Source: Gammaproteobacteria bacterium
GTDB taxonomy: Bacteria > Pseudomonadota > Gammaproteobacteria > Ga0077536
DNA length: 64,000 bases
Direction of reading: 5' to 3'
Assembly: GCA_963662545.2 (NCBI GenBank)
Contig: CAXXLL010000003.1
Location: 992,001 to 1,056,000, forward strand
In this document: positions 19,144 through 29,260 of the stretch, one piece after another
Position numbering within the stretch: the first letter of the stretch is position 1
Layout: each line of letters begins with the position of its first letter
Made by a program: the position numbers and the translations under genes
Notes under the pieces: generated by a model
The model's database searches: none
What the model saw: only the letters and a program-made list of their open reading frames with translations
Told to the model about the DNA's origin: nothing

Positions 19144-21380
19144 AACGGCGCGCCATTGCGCTTGGCTCGATAGCGCTGTTGGGCCTGTCGCTGCTGGGTT
19201 TACTCATTCTTATGAGCGCTGCAATTCAGAATTCCGCCAAATTCGGCGCGATGTATTCGGTATTGTTGCTTTCTAATTCCGCCGGCCTGCTCGCTTTCAT
19301 CATTCTGATCGGCATTAATATACGGCGATTGACAAAGCAGCTGCGTTCACGCGAACCCGGCGCACGCTTGACCCTTCGGATGTTGCTGATCTTTGTTGCA
19401 CTCGCGGTAATTCCGGTCATCGTCGTTTACAGTTTTTCACTCGATTTTTTGAGACGCGGAATTGATAGCTGGTTCGACGTTCGCGTCGAACAGGCGCTGG
19501 AAGATTCTCTGGAGCTTGGGCGCGAAGCACTGGATCTGCGTATGCGCCAGTTTCTCGTCCAAACGGAAAGCATGGCTGCGCTGCTTGCACGCGGAACGCC
19601 GCATCGGACAACCCTGAATCTAGACGCCCTGCGAAATCCCAACAGCATAATTGCCGCTAGTGCATGGGAACCAGGGCCCTCCGACCTCAATGCGATGCGC
19701 GCGAGCAGCGGAGCCGATGAGTTGACTCTGCTCAGTTATACGGGTGATTTACTGGCTTCGAGCAGCCGAATATCAGATATCATTCCGAACCTTCCGCCGG
19801 AGGCCGTGCTCAACCAGGTTCGCCAGGGGCAAAGTTATATAGGACTGGATCCCATTCGCAACGGCGGTCTCCTGGTCCGAGTTGCCGCCCGCGTGGCCGA
19901 CGTGTCCGGTTCCGGTTCGCCCCGGATACTCCACGCACTGTATCCCATTGCAACCCGTATGAACGAACTTGCGGAAAGCATCGAATTCGCCTACGCCAAG
20001 TACAACGAAGTTTCATATCTTCGCGACAAGCTAAAACTTAGCTTCGCGATGACGCTCACACTCGTTCTCATGTTCAGTATCGTGACGGCAGTGTGGGCGG
20101 CGTTCTATTCTGCCCGCCGGCTTGCAGCTCCGATTCGCGATCTTGCCGAAGGTACTGCCGCGGTCGCGGCCGGGGATTACGAAACCAGCCTCCCAGTAAA
20201 AAGCAACGACGAAATTGGATTTCTGGTTAGCTCCTTCAACGACATGACCCGAAGGATTGCGTCTGCACGCGAGGAAGTGGAAACGCAGCATGAGTATCTC
20301 GATACGATGCTGCGGCAATTGTCCTCCGGAGTCGTGGCGCTGGACGACGAAGCCAATATCACGACGATCAATAACGCCGCTTTGAAAATGCTCGAAATAG
20401 ACAGAGTGGTGGAACCTGGTACGTCGTTTCTCGCCATTTGCGAGCGGGACCCACACCTCCTCCCGATCGGTGTTGTACTACGGCCTTTGATTGCCGAACA
20501 CCATCAGCGGTGGCAGAAGCAGGTAACCATTTTTGCATCAGACGGGCGGCGCGTATTGATGTGCCGTGGAACCGCCTTATCCGGTTCACACAGTGCGGCT
20601 GTCGGATACGTCATCGTGTTCGAAAACATCACCGCAATCATCCAGGGCCAACGCGATGCGGCGTGGTCGGAAGTCGCGCGTCGGCTCGCTCACGAAATCA
20701 AAAATCCATTGACTCCGATACATCTCGCCGCCGAGCGCCTGCGAAAGAAATATCTGCCTAAGCTGGAAGACGAACAAAGAGAACCACTCGACCGACTGAC
20801 AAGTACCATCATTCAGCAGGTCGACACGATGAAAACCATGGTCAATTCATTTTCCGACTATGCTAAATCCCCGGTAATCGACAAGACCCCGGTCAATATC
20901 AATTCGCTGCTCGGTGGGGTCATCGAATTGTTCAAGGGCGCACACCCTGATGCGAATCTGGAAACGCGGTTCGACGAGTATCTCCCAGATCTTTCGGCGG
21001 ACGCCGCCCGACTGCGCCAGGTATTCAATAACCTGGTAAAGAATGCGCTGGAAGCGTCGCCGGAAGGTGTAAATGCGCATATCATGGTAATGACATCGAA
21101 ATCGCGTTACGCGACCGCGGACCATATCGAGATCCGCATCGAAGATCGCGGCGAAGGAGTACCGGAAAAATTGCTGCAGAATATTTTCGAACCTTATGTC
21201 ACGAATAAGGCCCGCGGCACGGGCCTGGGTCTTGCAATCGTCAAAAAGATCGTCGAAGAACACAATGGCGTCGTCACATTGCGCAATAATGAAGGCCCTG
21301 GTGCGGTAGCGATCATCAGGTTACCAATCGGTAAAGAAGCAACGCTCGCCAACGAGCCGCTGCAAAGGGATGCGGTATGA
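19116..21380 (+). CDS. ntrY: NtrY-like sensor histidine kinase (HAMP-PAS-HisKA)
   Basis: 4 TM, IDSWFD, AAWSEVARRLAHEIKNPLTPI and GTGLGLAIVKKI; start may be at 19125. Confidence 0.92.
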   Translation: MVSMEDQPLKRRAIALGSIALLGLSLLGLLILMSAAIQNSAKFGAMYSVLLLSNSAGLLAFIILIGINIRRLTKQLRSREPGARLTLRMLLIFVALAVIPVIVVYSFSLDFLRRGIDSWFDVRVEQALEDSLELGREALDLRMRQFLVQTESMAALLARGTPHRTTLNLDALRNPNSIIAASAWEPGPSDLNAMRASSGADELTLLSYTGDLLASSSRISDIIPNLPPEAVLNQVRQGQSYIGLDPIRNGGLLVRVAARVADVSGSGSPRILHALYPIATRMNELAESIEFAYAKYNEVSYLRDKLKLSFAMTLTLVLMFSIVTAVWAAFYSARRLAAPIRDLAEGTAAVAAGDYETSLPVKSNDEIGFLVSSFNDMTRRIASAREEVETQHEYLDTMLRQLSSGVVALDDEANITTINNAALKMLEIDRVVEPGTSFLAICERDPHLLPIGVVLRPLIAEHHQRWQKQVTIFASDGRRVLMCRGTALSGSHSAAVGYVIVFENITAIIQGQRDAAWSEVARRLAHEIKNPLTPIHLAAERLRKKYLPKLEDEQREPLDRLTSTIIQQVDTMKTMVNSFSDYAKSPVIDKTPVNINSLLGGVIELFKGAHPDANLETRFDEYLPDLSADAARLRQVFNNLVKNALEASPEGVNAHIMVMTSKSRYATADHIEIRIEDRGEGVPEKLLQNIFEPYVTNKARGTGLGLAIVKKIVEEHNGVVTLRNNEGPGAVAIIRLPIGKEATLANEPLQRDAV

Positions 21381-22753
21381 ATACCGGCCACATTCTCGTA
21401 GTCGACGATGAACCCGACATTCGCATCCTATTGAAGGAAATACTCGAAGATGAAGGCTTCGAGGTCACCACCGCCGAGAATGCGCACCAAGCGAGGGAGA
21501 GCCGTCGTCACCGTCGGCCCGATCTCGTCCTGCTCGATATTTGGATGCCGGATACCGACGGCATCAGCTTGTTGAAAGAATGGTCGGTCGGCAATGCGCT
21601 CGATGCGCCAGTCATCATCATGTCGGGTCACGGCTCAGTGGAAACGGCTGTAGAGGCAACGCGTCTGGGGGCATACGATTTCATCGAAAAGCCGCTTTCT
21701 ACTGCGAAGATTCTCGTCACCGTTCAGCGTGCTCTGGAAAACGCAAGTCTCAAATCCGAAAATATCGGCCTTCGACAGCGCACGCATTCATCGGTTGATC
21801 CCATTGGTACGAGCATTGTGATGGAGAAGTTGCGCAACGACGTGCTTCGGATCGCCGACCACAAGACCAGCGTTTTTATCACCGGTGAGTCCGGTACCGG
21901 TAAGGAAGTCGTCGCTCGCTATATCCATGCAAACAGCCGTCGAGTCTCGGGCAAATTTGTGAGCGTTAACGTCGCTGGTCTGGCGCGTGAGAATCCGCAC
22001 ACCGAATTGTTCGGAGTCGAAGAAGGCGGCAGAGTGATTTTTGGCTCCTTGGAGCTCGCCAACGGCGGTACGCTGTTTCTTAAAGATATCGCCGATATGG
22101 ATTTGAATACTCAGGCACGCTTGTTGAGCGCGCTCGAAAACCAGGCATTTCTGCGAGTCGGTGGACGCGAACCGGTATCCGTGGACATCCGAATCATCGC
22201 GAGTACGCGCAAAAAACTGGTAGAACTCGTCGGCGCGGGCGAGTTTCGCGAGGACCTTTTCTATCATCTAAACGTACTGCCGCTTGTCGTTCCCGCTCTG
22301 CGGGAGCGACGAGACGATATTGACGAATTGGTCGAATTCTTCCTCGATGCATTCGAGAAGCATGAAGCGCTGCCCCGCCGCCTCTTCCCGGGTTCCGTGC
22401 GAAACCGATTAAAGGATTACGATTGGCCGGGCAATATCCGTGAGTTGCGAAATTTCGTGCAACGATTATTGATTTTGGGGTCCAGTGACCATGTCGAATT
22501 GTCCGAGGTCAATTCAATGCTGGGAATTCGGACCAAGGCGAATCTAGAGCCGTTGTTGCCGGGTTTCGATCTCCCTCTGAGGGAAGCGCGGGAACAATTC
22601 GAAAAAGCCTACCTCGAATTCCAGTTACGGGCACTCAAAGGCAGTGTCAGTAAAGTTTCCGAACGCGTCGGCATAGAGCGCACCCACCTGTATCGAAAAT
22701 TACGCAGTCTTGGTATCGATCCGAAGCGTATCAAGGAAGCCAGCAAGGCATGA
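21377..22753 (+). CDS. ntrX: NtrX-like response regulator (REC-AAA+-HTH)
   Basis: [35 protein letters not shown] and ERTHLYRKL. Confidence 0.92.
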   Translation: MNTGHILVVDDEPDIRILLKEILEDEGFEVTTAENAHQARESRRHRRPDLVLLDIWMPDTDGISLLKEWSVGNALDAPVIIMSGHGSVETAVEATRLGAYDFIEKPLSTAKILVTVQRALENASLKSENIGLRQRTHSSVDPIGTSIVMEKLRNDVLRIADHKTSVFITGESGTGKEVVARYIHANSRRVSGKFVSVNVAGLARENPHTELFGVEEGGRVIFGSLELANGGTLFLKDIADMDLNTQARLLSALENQAFLRVGGREPVSVDIRIIASTRKKLVELVGAGEFREDLFYHLNVLPLVVPALRERRDDIDELVEFFLDAFEKHEALPRRLFPGSVRNRLKDYDWPGNIRELRNFVQRLLILGSSDHVELSEVNSMLGIRTKANLEPLLPGFDLPLREAREQFEKAYLEFQLRALKGSVSKVSERVGIERTHLYRKLRSLGIDPKRIKEASKA

Positions 22754-24123
22754 AAATTATCATCCTTGGAGCCGGCCAGGTCGGCTCTTCGGTTGCTTCC
22801 AATCTGTGCAGCGAAGAAAATGACATCACCGTAGTCGATCACGATCCGGCGCGCCTGCAATCATTACAGGACAGGTTCGATTTAAGAACGGTCGTAGGCC
22901 ACGCATCCCATCCGCACGTACTAGGCCGGGCCGGCGCCCGAGACGCGGACATGATCATTGCCGTTACGAACAGTGACGAAACGAATATGGTCGCATGCCA
23001 GGTCGCCTACACCTTGTTTCATACGCCCACGAAAATCGCGCGCGTACGTGACAGCCATTATCAGAATCATCCAGACCTTTTTGCTCAGGAAGCAATTCCG
23101 GTCGACGTCTTGATCAGTCCAGAGCAGGAAGTCACGGACTACACGAAACGATTGATCGAATTTCCGGGTGCCCTGCAGGTGCTGGATTTCGCCGGCGGCA
23201 AGGTGCAACTCGTTGCCGCACGCGCCTTCTACGGCGGTCCGTTGGTCGGGCATCGGCTGCGCGAATTGCCGGAACAGTTGCCCGGCATCGAAACTCGTGT
23301 AACCGCGATCTTCAGGCGTCATGAGGCCATTATTCCTGAAGGGGATACGGTTATTGAAGCCGGCGACGATGTCTTCTTCATTGCCGCACCGAAACACATC
23401 CGTGCGGTTATGAGCGAATTCCGTAAACTCGATGAGCCCAATCGACGCATTGTTATCGCGGGCGGAGGCAATATCGGAAAACGGCTGGCGATGGCGCTTG
23501 AGAAAACGTGCAATATAAAGATCATCGAAAACAACCCGGAGCGCGCGCGTGCAATCTCGGAGGATTTGAAACACGCCTACGTTCTTCTAGGCGACGCAGC
23601 GGATGAAGATCTTCTGATCGAGGAGAATATCGAGAATACGGACGTTTTCTGCGCGCTTACCAATGCTGACGAAGCGAACATCATTTCTTCGATGCTGGCT
23701 AAACGGTTAGGCGCCAAAACCGTAATGGCTTTGATCAATCGAGCCGCGTATGTGGACTTGGTACAGCGCGATATTATCGATATCGCGATTTCGCCTCAGC
23801 AGGCAACGATTGGCAGCCTGCTAGCACATGTTCGCAGGGGCGATGTCGTCAAGGTCCACGCCCTGCGACGCGGATCGGCAGAAGCTATCGAAGCCATTGC
23901 TCACGGCGACCGGAATTCGAGCCAGGTCGTCGGGCGGACGATTGAAAACGTCGACCTTCCTCCGGGCACGACGATCGGCGCGATCGTACGCGGAAGTAAG
24001 GTCATCATGGTCCATCACGACACCATCATTGAACCCGAAGACCATGTGATTTTGTTTGTAACGAACAAACGGCACGTCAGAGATGTCGAGCGTTTGTTCC
24101 AGGTTAACGTGACTTTTATTTAG
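22750..24123 (+). CDS. trkA: Trk potassium transporter regulatory subunit
   Basis: [12 protein letters not shown], second RCK domain IAGGGNIG; 457 aa. Confidence 0.98.
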   Translation: MKIIILGAGQVGSSVASNLCSEENDITVVDHDPARLQSLQDRFDLRTVVGHASHPHVLGRAGARDADMIIAVTNSDETNMVACQVAYTLFHTPTKIARVRDSHYQNHPDLFAQEAIPVDVLISPEQEVTDYTKRLIEFPGALQVLDFAGGKVQLVAARAFYGGPLVGHRLRELPEQLPGIETRVTAIFRRHEAIIPEGDTVIEAGDDVFFIAAPKHIRAVMSEFRKLDEPNRRIVIAGGGNIGKRLAMALEKTCNIKIIENNPERARAISEDLKHAYVLLGDAADEDLLIEENIENTDVFCALTNADEANIISSMLAKRLGAKTVMALINRAAYVDLVQRDIIDIAISPQQATIGSLLAHVRRGDVVKVHALRRGSAEAIEAIAHGDRNSSQVVGRTIENVDLPPGTTIGAIVRGSKVIMVHHDTIIEPEDHVILFVTNKRHVRDVERLFQVNVTFI

Positions 24124-24141
24124 GCGCTTCAACCGGTCCTG

Positions 24142-24407
24142 GTGCTCCAACAAGCTAATATTGATGGGTTCAGCGTTCCCGTAGTGTTTCGTAGCAAGGC
24201 GCAGTGTGCAGGAAATGGCCGTAGTCCTTTTCAAGCGCTGTAACGAAGCTGCGGGACACCACGGGAGCGCCCTGCGGGTTGGCTGGTCAGCGTCCATGGA
24301 CTGCGCTGCGCCTCTTGGAAAGGACTACGGCCATTCCCTGCGAGGCGCGCCTTGCAATGAACGCTGACAAGCCAACTGAACCCATCAATATTAGCTTGTT
24401 GGAACAC
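24142..24407. mobile_element. 266-bp highly structured MITE
   Basis: 32-bp terminal IR GTG(C/T)TCCAACAAGCTAATATTGATGGGTTCAG (1 mismatch) plus two further internal IR pairs. Confidence 0.88.
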
Positions 24408-24409
24408 TA

Positions 24410-25554
24410 AATAGGTGTTCCAAAAACTCGATCAAATAAAAAGAACTCAGGTGACATTCAGAGATCAGAGGTTGTATCGAGCAATCTACGTTCCCGAAAG
24501 AGGTCACCTGAGTATGGATAGTTTAGTGTCATTGACGCGCTCACAGAAACGTCGCTTTAAGCGGTTGATTCAACGCAGCGATAACGGGCGGGTGGTTCGC
24601 CGCGCTCAAGTCCTGTTGCAGTTAGCTTCAGGCGTCTCACCGACGGCCGTGTCACGCAGTTTGTCGGTCGCGCGTTCAACGGTTTATCGATGGGTCACGC
24701 AATTCCAGACCGCGGGTGAAGCCTTTCTCGAGGCGTGCGGCTCGGGCCGGCGGGCGTATACGGTGGATGACACCCTGTTGGAGACGCTCGCCGAGTTAGT
24801 TGAGCAGCCGCCCAGTGATTATGGCTACCTGCGCAGTACGTGGACGAGCGAGATGCTGGCCGAGACGCTGAATTCGTTGCTGTCACGGCCCATTCACGCC
24901 TCTACGGTACGTCGCTGGCTAGTTAATTTGGGATTCGGCTGGCGTCGTGCTCGTCCGACCTTACATCTGCGCGACCCACGGGCAGCCACGCGCCTGAAAG
25001 CCATTCATCGTGCGTTGTCTCGAGCCCCATCGGGGCATGAAGTGTTTTACGCCGATGAGGTCGATATCGACCTCAATCCCAAAATCGGTTTCCTTTGGTC
25101 TACTCAAGGTTGTCAACGTGCCATCCCCACGCCTGGGCAAAACCGGAAACGCTATCTGGCGGGCGCGCTGCACGCACGAACCGGTCGCGTTGCGTATGTC
25201 GAGGGCACACGGAAAAACAGCGACCTATTCCTTTGCCTGCTCGACCACCTGCGGCAAACTTACCGCGCCGCGCGTCGAATTATCTTGATCGTGGATAACT
25301 ACATCATCCACAAATGTCGCTTGGCACACGTCTGGCTAAAGCACAATCCGAAATTCCGATTGCTGTTCCAGCCGGCCTATCAGCCCTGGGTCAATGACAT
25401 TGAGAAACTCTGGAAACAGTTGCACGACAATGTCACCCGGAATCATCGTTACTCGACCATCGACCGTCTGATGGACGCAGTACGTGCCTTCATGCGTGCG
25501 GCAAGTCCATTCCCGGGAAACTGCCCGAGTGTCGCAAGATTTGGATCACCTATT
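24410..25554 (+). mobile_element. IS630-family element
   Basis: TIR AATAGGTG(T/A)TCCAAA; TA duplicated at 24408-24409 and 25555-25556. Confidence 0.93.
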
Positions 25555-25557
25555 TAG
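24514..25557 (+). CDS. IS630 transposase
   Basis: HTH, YADEVDI, IVDNYIIH and FQPAYQPWVNDIEKLW; stop TAG formed by the target TA plus G. Confidence 0.94.
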   Translation: MDSLVSLTRSQKRRFKRLIQRSDNGRVVRRAQVLLQLASGVSPTAVSRSLSVARSTVYRWVTQFQTAGEAFLEACGSGRRAYTVDDTLLETLAELVEQPPSDYGYLRSTWTSEMLAETLNSLLSRPIHASTVRRWLVNLGFGWRRARPTLHLRDPRAATRLKAIHRALSRAPSGHEVFYADEVDIDLNPKIGFLWSTQGCQRAIPTPGQNRKRYLAGALHARTGRVAYVEGTRKNSDLFLCLLDHLRQTYRAARRIILIVDNYIIHKCRLAHVWLKHNPKFRLLFQPAYQPWVNDIEKLWKQLHDNVTRNHRYSTIDRLMDAVRAFMRAASPFPGNCPSVARFGSPI

Positions 25558-25561
25558 GTTG

Positions 25562-27013
25562 ATGCGCGTACAGGTAATTCAAAAAATCCTGGGGCTGCTC
25601 CTTTCGCTTTTTAGCCTGGTGTTGCTTCCACCGTTATCTATAGCAGTGTGGACTCGTGACGGGACGGCTGCCGCATTCGCTATTGCCATCATCGTCATCC
25701 TCGTTGCCGGACTCATGCTGTGGCTGCCCGTTCGTAAGGTCGACAAAGACCTCAAACTGCGCGATGGATTCGTCGTCGTCGTATCTTTCTGGATCGTTCT
25801 CGGGCTGACAGGTTCGATCCCTTTCATGATTGCAGAAAATCCCCATATGAGCACCGCGGATGCGATCTTTGAATCGATATCAGCGCTCACGACGACCGGT
25901 GCAACAGTGATCGTCGGCCTCGATCAACTGCCGCCGTCGATACTGTTTTATCGGCAGCTTTTACAATGGCTTGGCGGTATGGGGATCATCGTTCTTGCCG
26001 TTGCGATTCTACCGATACTTGGCGTGGGTGGTATGCAGCTCTACCGCGCCGAGACTCCGGGTCCGATGAAGGACGCCAAATTGACGCCGCGGATTACGGA
26101 AACGGCTAAAGCGCTTTGGTACATCTATGTAAGTTTGACTGTGCTGTGCGCACTTGCTTATTTCTTCGCTGGAATGAGTCTTTTCGATGCGGTTGGACAC
26201 AGCTTTAGCACGGTCGCAATCGGCGGCTTTTCGACGCACGACGCCAGTATCGGGCACTTCGATAGTCCCCAGATTGAATTGATCGCGATCGTGTTCATGT
26301 TAATCGCGGGCATAAATTTTTCGCTGCACTTTCTCGCGTGGCGATTCCGTAACCTCAAACCGTATTTTTATGATTCGGAATTCAAGATGTACGCGTCGCT
26401 GTTGATCATCGTGTTCGTGATCTGTGCCACCGGCCTCGCGCTCACGAATGAGATGGGCTCCTTGGGGGCATCCGTGCGGCACGGCTTGTTCCAGACCGTA
26501 TCCATTGGTACGACAACGGGATTTACCACGACCAATTTTCAGTCCTGGCCGGGATTTCTTCCGCTGATTCTGGTGTTCTTGAGCTTCGTAGGAGGCTGTG
26601 CCGGATCGACCGGCGGCGGCATCAAGGTCGTGCGCATATTACTGCTTTACAAGCAAGGCGTGCGAGAGATCCGCCGGTTAATCCATCCTAGCGCGATCAT
26701 CACGATTCGGCTGGGCGACCGCGCGGTCAACGATCGGGTGGTTGATGCCGTATGGGGATTTTTCGCGACCTACGTCGCCCTGTTCGCGTTCCTGCAGTTG
26801 GCAATGATGGCGACGGGACTCGACCAGGTTACGTCCTTTTCCGCGGTAGCGGCTTGTCTCAACAACCTCGGACCCGGTCTCGGAGACGTCAGTTCGGATT
26901 ACGCGGCCATTCCACCGATCGCGAAATATCTGCTGTGTCTTGCCATGGTTTTGGGCCGACTCGAAATCTTCACTTTACTGGTGCTGCTCACGCCGGCTTT
27001 CTGGCGCGCGTGA
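25562..27013 (+). CDS. trkH: Trk potassium uptake permease
   Basis: FESISALTTTGAT, LQWLGGMGIIV, GGCAGSTGGG and LNNLGPG; 483 aa from ATG 25562. Confidence 0.97.
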   Translation: MRVQVIQKILGLLLSLFSLVLLPPLSIAVWTRDGTAAAFAIAIIVILVAGLMLWLPVRKVDKDLKLRDGFVVVVSFWIVLGLTGSIPFMIAENPHMSTADAIFESISALTTTGATVIVGLDQLPPSILFYRQLLQWLGGMGIIVLAVAILPILGVGGMQLYRAETPGPMKDAKLTPRITETAKALWYIYVSLTVLCALAYFFAGMSLFDAVGHSFSTVAIGGFSTHDASIGHFDSPQIELIAIVFMLIAGINFSLHFLAWRFRNLKPYFYDSEFKMYASLLIIVFVICATGLALTNEMGSLGASVRHGLFQTVSIGTTTGFTTTNFQSWPGFLPLILVFLSFVGGCAGSTGGGIKVVRILLLYKQGVREIRRLIHPSAIITIRLGDRAVNDRVVDAVWGFFATYVALFAFLQLAMMATGLDQVTSFSAVAACLNNLGPGLGDVSSDYAAIPPIAKYLLCLAMVLGRLEIFTLLVLLTPAFWRA

Positions 27014-27351
27014 ACGACCTGACCGAGAAACTGGAGAAGTTCCTCGCGGAACGCGGGGAAACAGCACTGCTGCGCTTCAGCCTGGGGAATGCATATCTCG
27101 CCGACCAGGCGGAAATAGCAGCCGAACATCTCGAGCGTGCGGTGGCTCTTGATCCCGCCTACTCGGCCGCCTGGAAACTCCTGGGTCGGGCATTGGCTTC
27201 TTGCGATCGAATCGAGCAGGCGCGACAGGCGTATGCGACTGGTATCGAGACCGCCGAGCAACGCGGTGATATCCAGGCCGCAAAGGAAATGAGGGTATTT
27301 CTCAAGCGTCTCGAGAAAGCGCCGCGTCCTCGGCGTGACCGAGGTGAATGA
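27010..27351 (+). CDS. small tetratricopeptide repeat protein
   Basis: GTG overlapping the trkH stop; ALLRFSLGNAY, YSAAWKLLGRAL and GDIQAAKEMRVFLKRL. Confidence 0.88.
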   Translation: MNDLTEKLEKFLAERGETALLRFSLGNAYLADQAEIAAEHLERAVALDPAYSAAWKLLGRALASCDRIEQARQAYATGIETAEQRGDIQAAKEMRVFLKRLEKAPRPRRDRGE

Positions 27352-27365
27352 GGCTGAGGGGCGAT

Positions 27366-28337
27366 TTATAGGGTGCCCGAAGTTTCTTCGGCCGAAAGTA
27401 AAATCGCGCCAGTCAGTTCCGAGATGGTCGCTACCCCATGGCGATCGAGATAATCGAGCATGCCCGCATTGAGTTTGCTGCAGATCAGGGGATCGTAGAA
27501 CAGGCTCGTGCCCACGCCGACTGCCGTAGAGCCTGCGAGTAGAAATTCTATTGCGTCTTCGGGCGTGGTGACGCCGCCCTGCCCGATGATGGGGATCCCA
27601 TGAGGCCTTGCGACCTCGTACACCTCGAATACCTTGTACAGTGCAATCGGTTTGATGGCCGGTCCGGAAAGCCCTCCGTGTTCATTGCCGATGAATGGCC
27701 GCCTGCTTTCAATATCGATCGCCATGCCCATGAGCGTATTGACCACCGCGAAGCCATCGGTACCCGCTGCTATACATTTTCGTGCATTTTCCGCGATATC
27801 CGTCTGGTTCGGAGAGAGCTTCGTGATGAGCGGCTTCGATGTTGCTCCCCGGCAGGCTTCTACCACGCGCGCGGACATGTCGGGGTCGTTTCCGAAAGTG
27901 ACGCCGCCTTGCTTGACGTTCGGGCAGGAGATGTTGATTTCAATGGCGTCTATGGGGGAGTCGTCGAAAATGCGGGTGACCAATTCGTATTCTTCGATTG
28001 TCGAGCCGGAAACGTTCGCGATAAACCGGGTCTCTTCGAAATCGAGCTTAGGCAGAATGGAATCAACGACGGCGCGGGCGCCCGGATTCTGCAGCCCGAT
28101 TGAATTCAGCATGCCTTCGGGCGTTTCAAATATCCGGTGCGGCAGATTACCGAGGCGCGGCTCCAACGTCGTTCCCTTGAGACAAACCGCGCCCGCATCG
28201 GCATTGGAAAAGCCCTCGACCCGCGTGTACTCTTCGCCGAAACCTACGCAGCCGGACAACAACACCAGCGGCGTGTTCAGGGTCATGCCGCATAGATCGA
28301 CGACCAAACGGTGATTACTATGCTCGTCCGATTCCAT
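27366..28337 (-). CDS. pyrD: dihydroorotate dehydrogenase, family 1 (1B-like catalytic subunit)
   Basis: NSIGLQNPG, NISCPN (Cys base), KLSPN and GGLSGPAIKP. Confidence 0.93.
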   Translation of the reverse strand: MESDEHSNHRLVVDLCGMTLNTPLVLLSGCVGFGEEYTRVEGFSNADAGAVCLKGTTLEPRLGNLPHRIFETPEGMLNSIGLQNPGARAVVDSILPKLDFEETRFIANVSGSTIEEYELVTRIFDDSPIDAIEINISCPNVKQGGVTFGNDPDMSARVVEACRGATSKPLITKLSPNQTDIAENARKCIAAGTDGFAVVNTLMGMAIDIESRRPFIGNEHGGLSGPAIKPIALYKVFEVYEVARPHGIPIIGQGGVTTPEDAIEFLLAGSTAVGVGTSLFYDPLICSKLNAGMLDYLDRHGVATISELTGAILLSAEETSGTL

Positions 28338-28365
28338 TAAGCGATTGCTTCACCCGATTGCTGTC

Positions 28366-28827
28366 GTGTTCAACGTCGTTCTCTACGAGCCCGAAATACC
28401 GCCCAATACCGGAAATATTATACGCCTGTGTGCGAACAGCGGCGTCCGCCTGCATCTGGTCGAACCGCTCGGTTTCAAATTGTCTGACCGACAACTCAAG
28501 CGCGCCGGCCTCGACTATCATGAATATGCAGGCGTCGAGAAACATGCATCGCTGACCGATTGCCTGAGGACAGTAAGTGGGGCGGAAGTCTTCTTGTTTT
28601 CAACCGCAGGCACCAGGCATTACGCGGAAGCTGCCTATTCGCGCAATTGCGTCTTGCTGTTCGGCCCTGAAACTCGGGGCCTGCCGAAGAAAGTGCTCGG
28701 CCTATTCGAACGGACGCAGATCCTGCGGATCCCCATGATCCCGGAAAGCCGAAGCTTGAATCTTGCCAATGCGGTGGCGATCGTCGTGTACGAAGCCTGG
28801 CGCCAGAACGACTTTAGGGAGTCGTGA
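28366..28827 (+). CDS. trmL: tRNA (cytidine34-2'-O)-methyltransferase
   Basis: PEIPPNTGNIIRLC, RAGLDYHE, FGPETRGLP and RSLNLANA. Confidence 0.97.
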   Translation: MFNVVLYEPEIPPNTGNIIRLCANSGVRLHLVEPLGFKLSDRQLKRAGLDYHEYAGVEKHASLTDCLRTVSGAEVFLFSTAGTRHYAEAAYSRNCVLLFGPETRGLPKKVLGLFERTQILRIPMIPESRSLNLANAVAIVVYEAWRQNDFRES

Positions 28828-28837
28828 TACTCGGGTG

Positions 28838-29260
28838 CTAGGGCGCCGTTGTCACCGAGGCGGTTATTCTGCGGCTGAAGTAATCTTCTTGTCCCGATGT
28901 GCCGAATTGCGCGATCGCCTCGAGATCGAAGACCAGATACGAGGGCGAGGCGCCCTCGGTTATGGTGACCTCAGAACAGGTAAGCGTCACATCGAAGTTA
29001 CCGCTCGCACCCCCCGAGATGGCAAACGTAGTTGGCGAAGCAAAACATGCGGGGCCGCCGGGGAAATTGAGGACGTGATGCACGCCCCACTCGACGCCGC
29101 TGATCGCCGCGAATTGCGCGCGGGATCCGACCAACGCAAAAACTGAGGTCGTCTTCTGCACCGATCCTATCGTCGCGATGAACCCCGCAAGCAGCGCGAT
29201 GACGACGATCAAGAAAATCGCCGTCACCAGTGCGAACCCGGATTGATTATGCTTGATCAC
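28838..29260 (-). CDS. mshP: MSHA minor pilin MshP
   Basis: QSGFALVTAIFLIVV, GSRAQFAAISGVEW and G....DYFSR; GTG start overlaps the mshO stop. Confidence 0.88.
   Translation of the reverse strand: MIKHNQSGFALVTAIFLIVVIALLAGFIATIGSVQKTTSVFALVGSRAQFAAISGVEWGVHHVLNFPGGPACFASPTTFAISGGASGNFDVTLTCSEVTITEGASPSYLVFDLEAIAQFGTSGQEDYFSRRITASVTTAP

Noticed and set aside
24415-24513. 380-aa version of the IS630 transposase
   Set aside because: Its start lies inside the TIR; ATG 24514 has a GAGG RBS-like motif upstream and gives a typical 347 aa.
25484-25561. N-terminal extension fusing IS630 sequence to trkH
   Set aside because: ATG 25562 gives the canonical 483-aa TrkH; the extension is probably a chance open frame.
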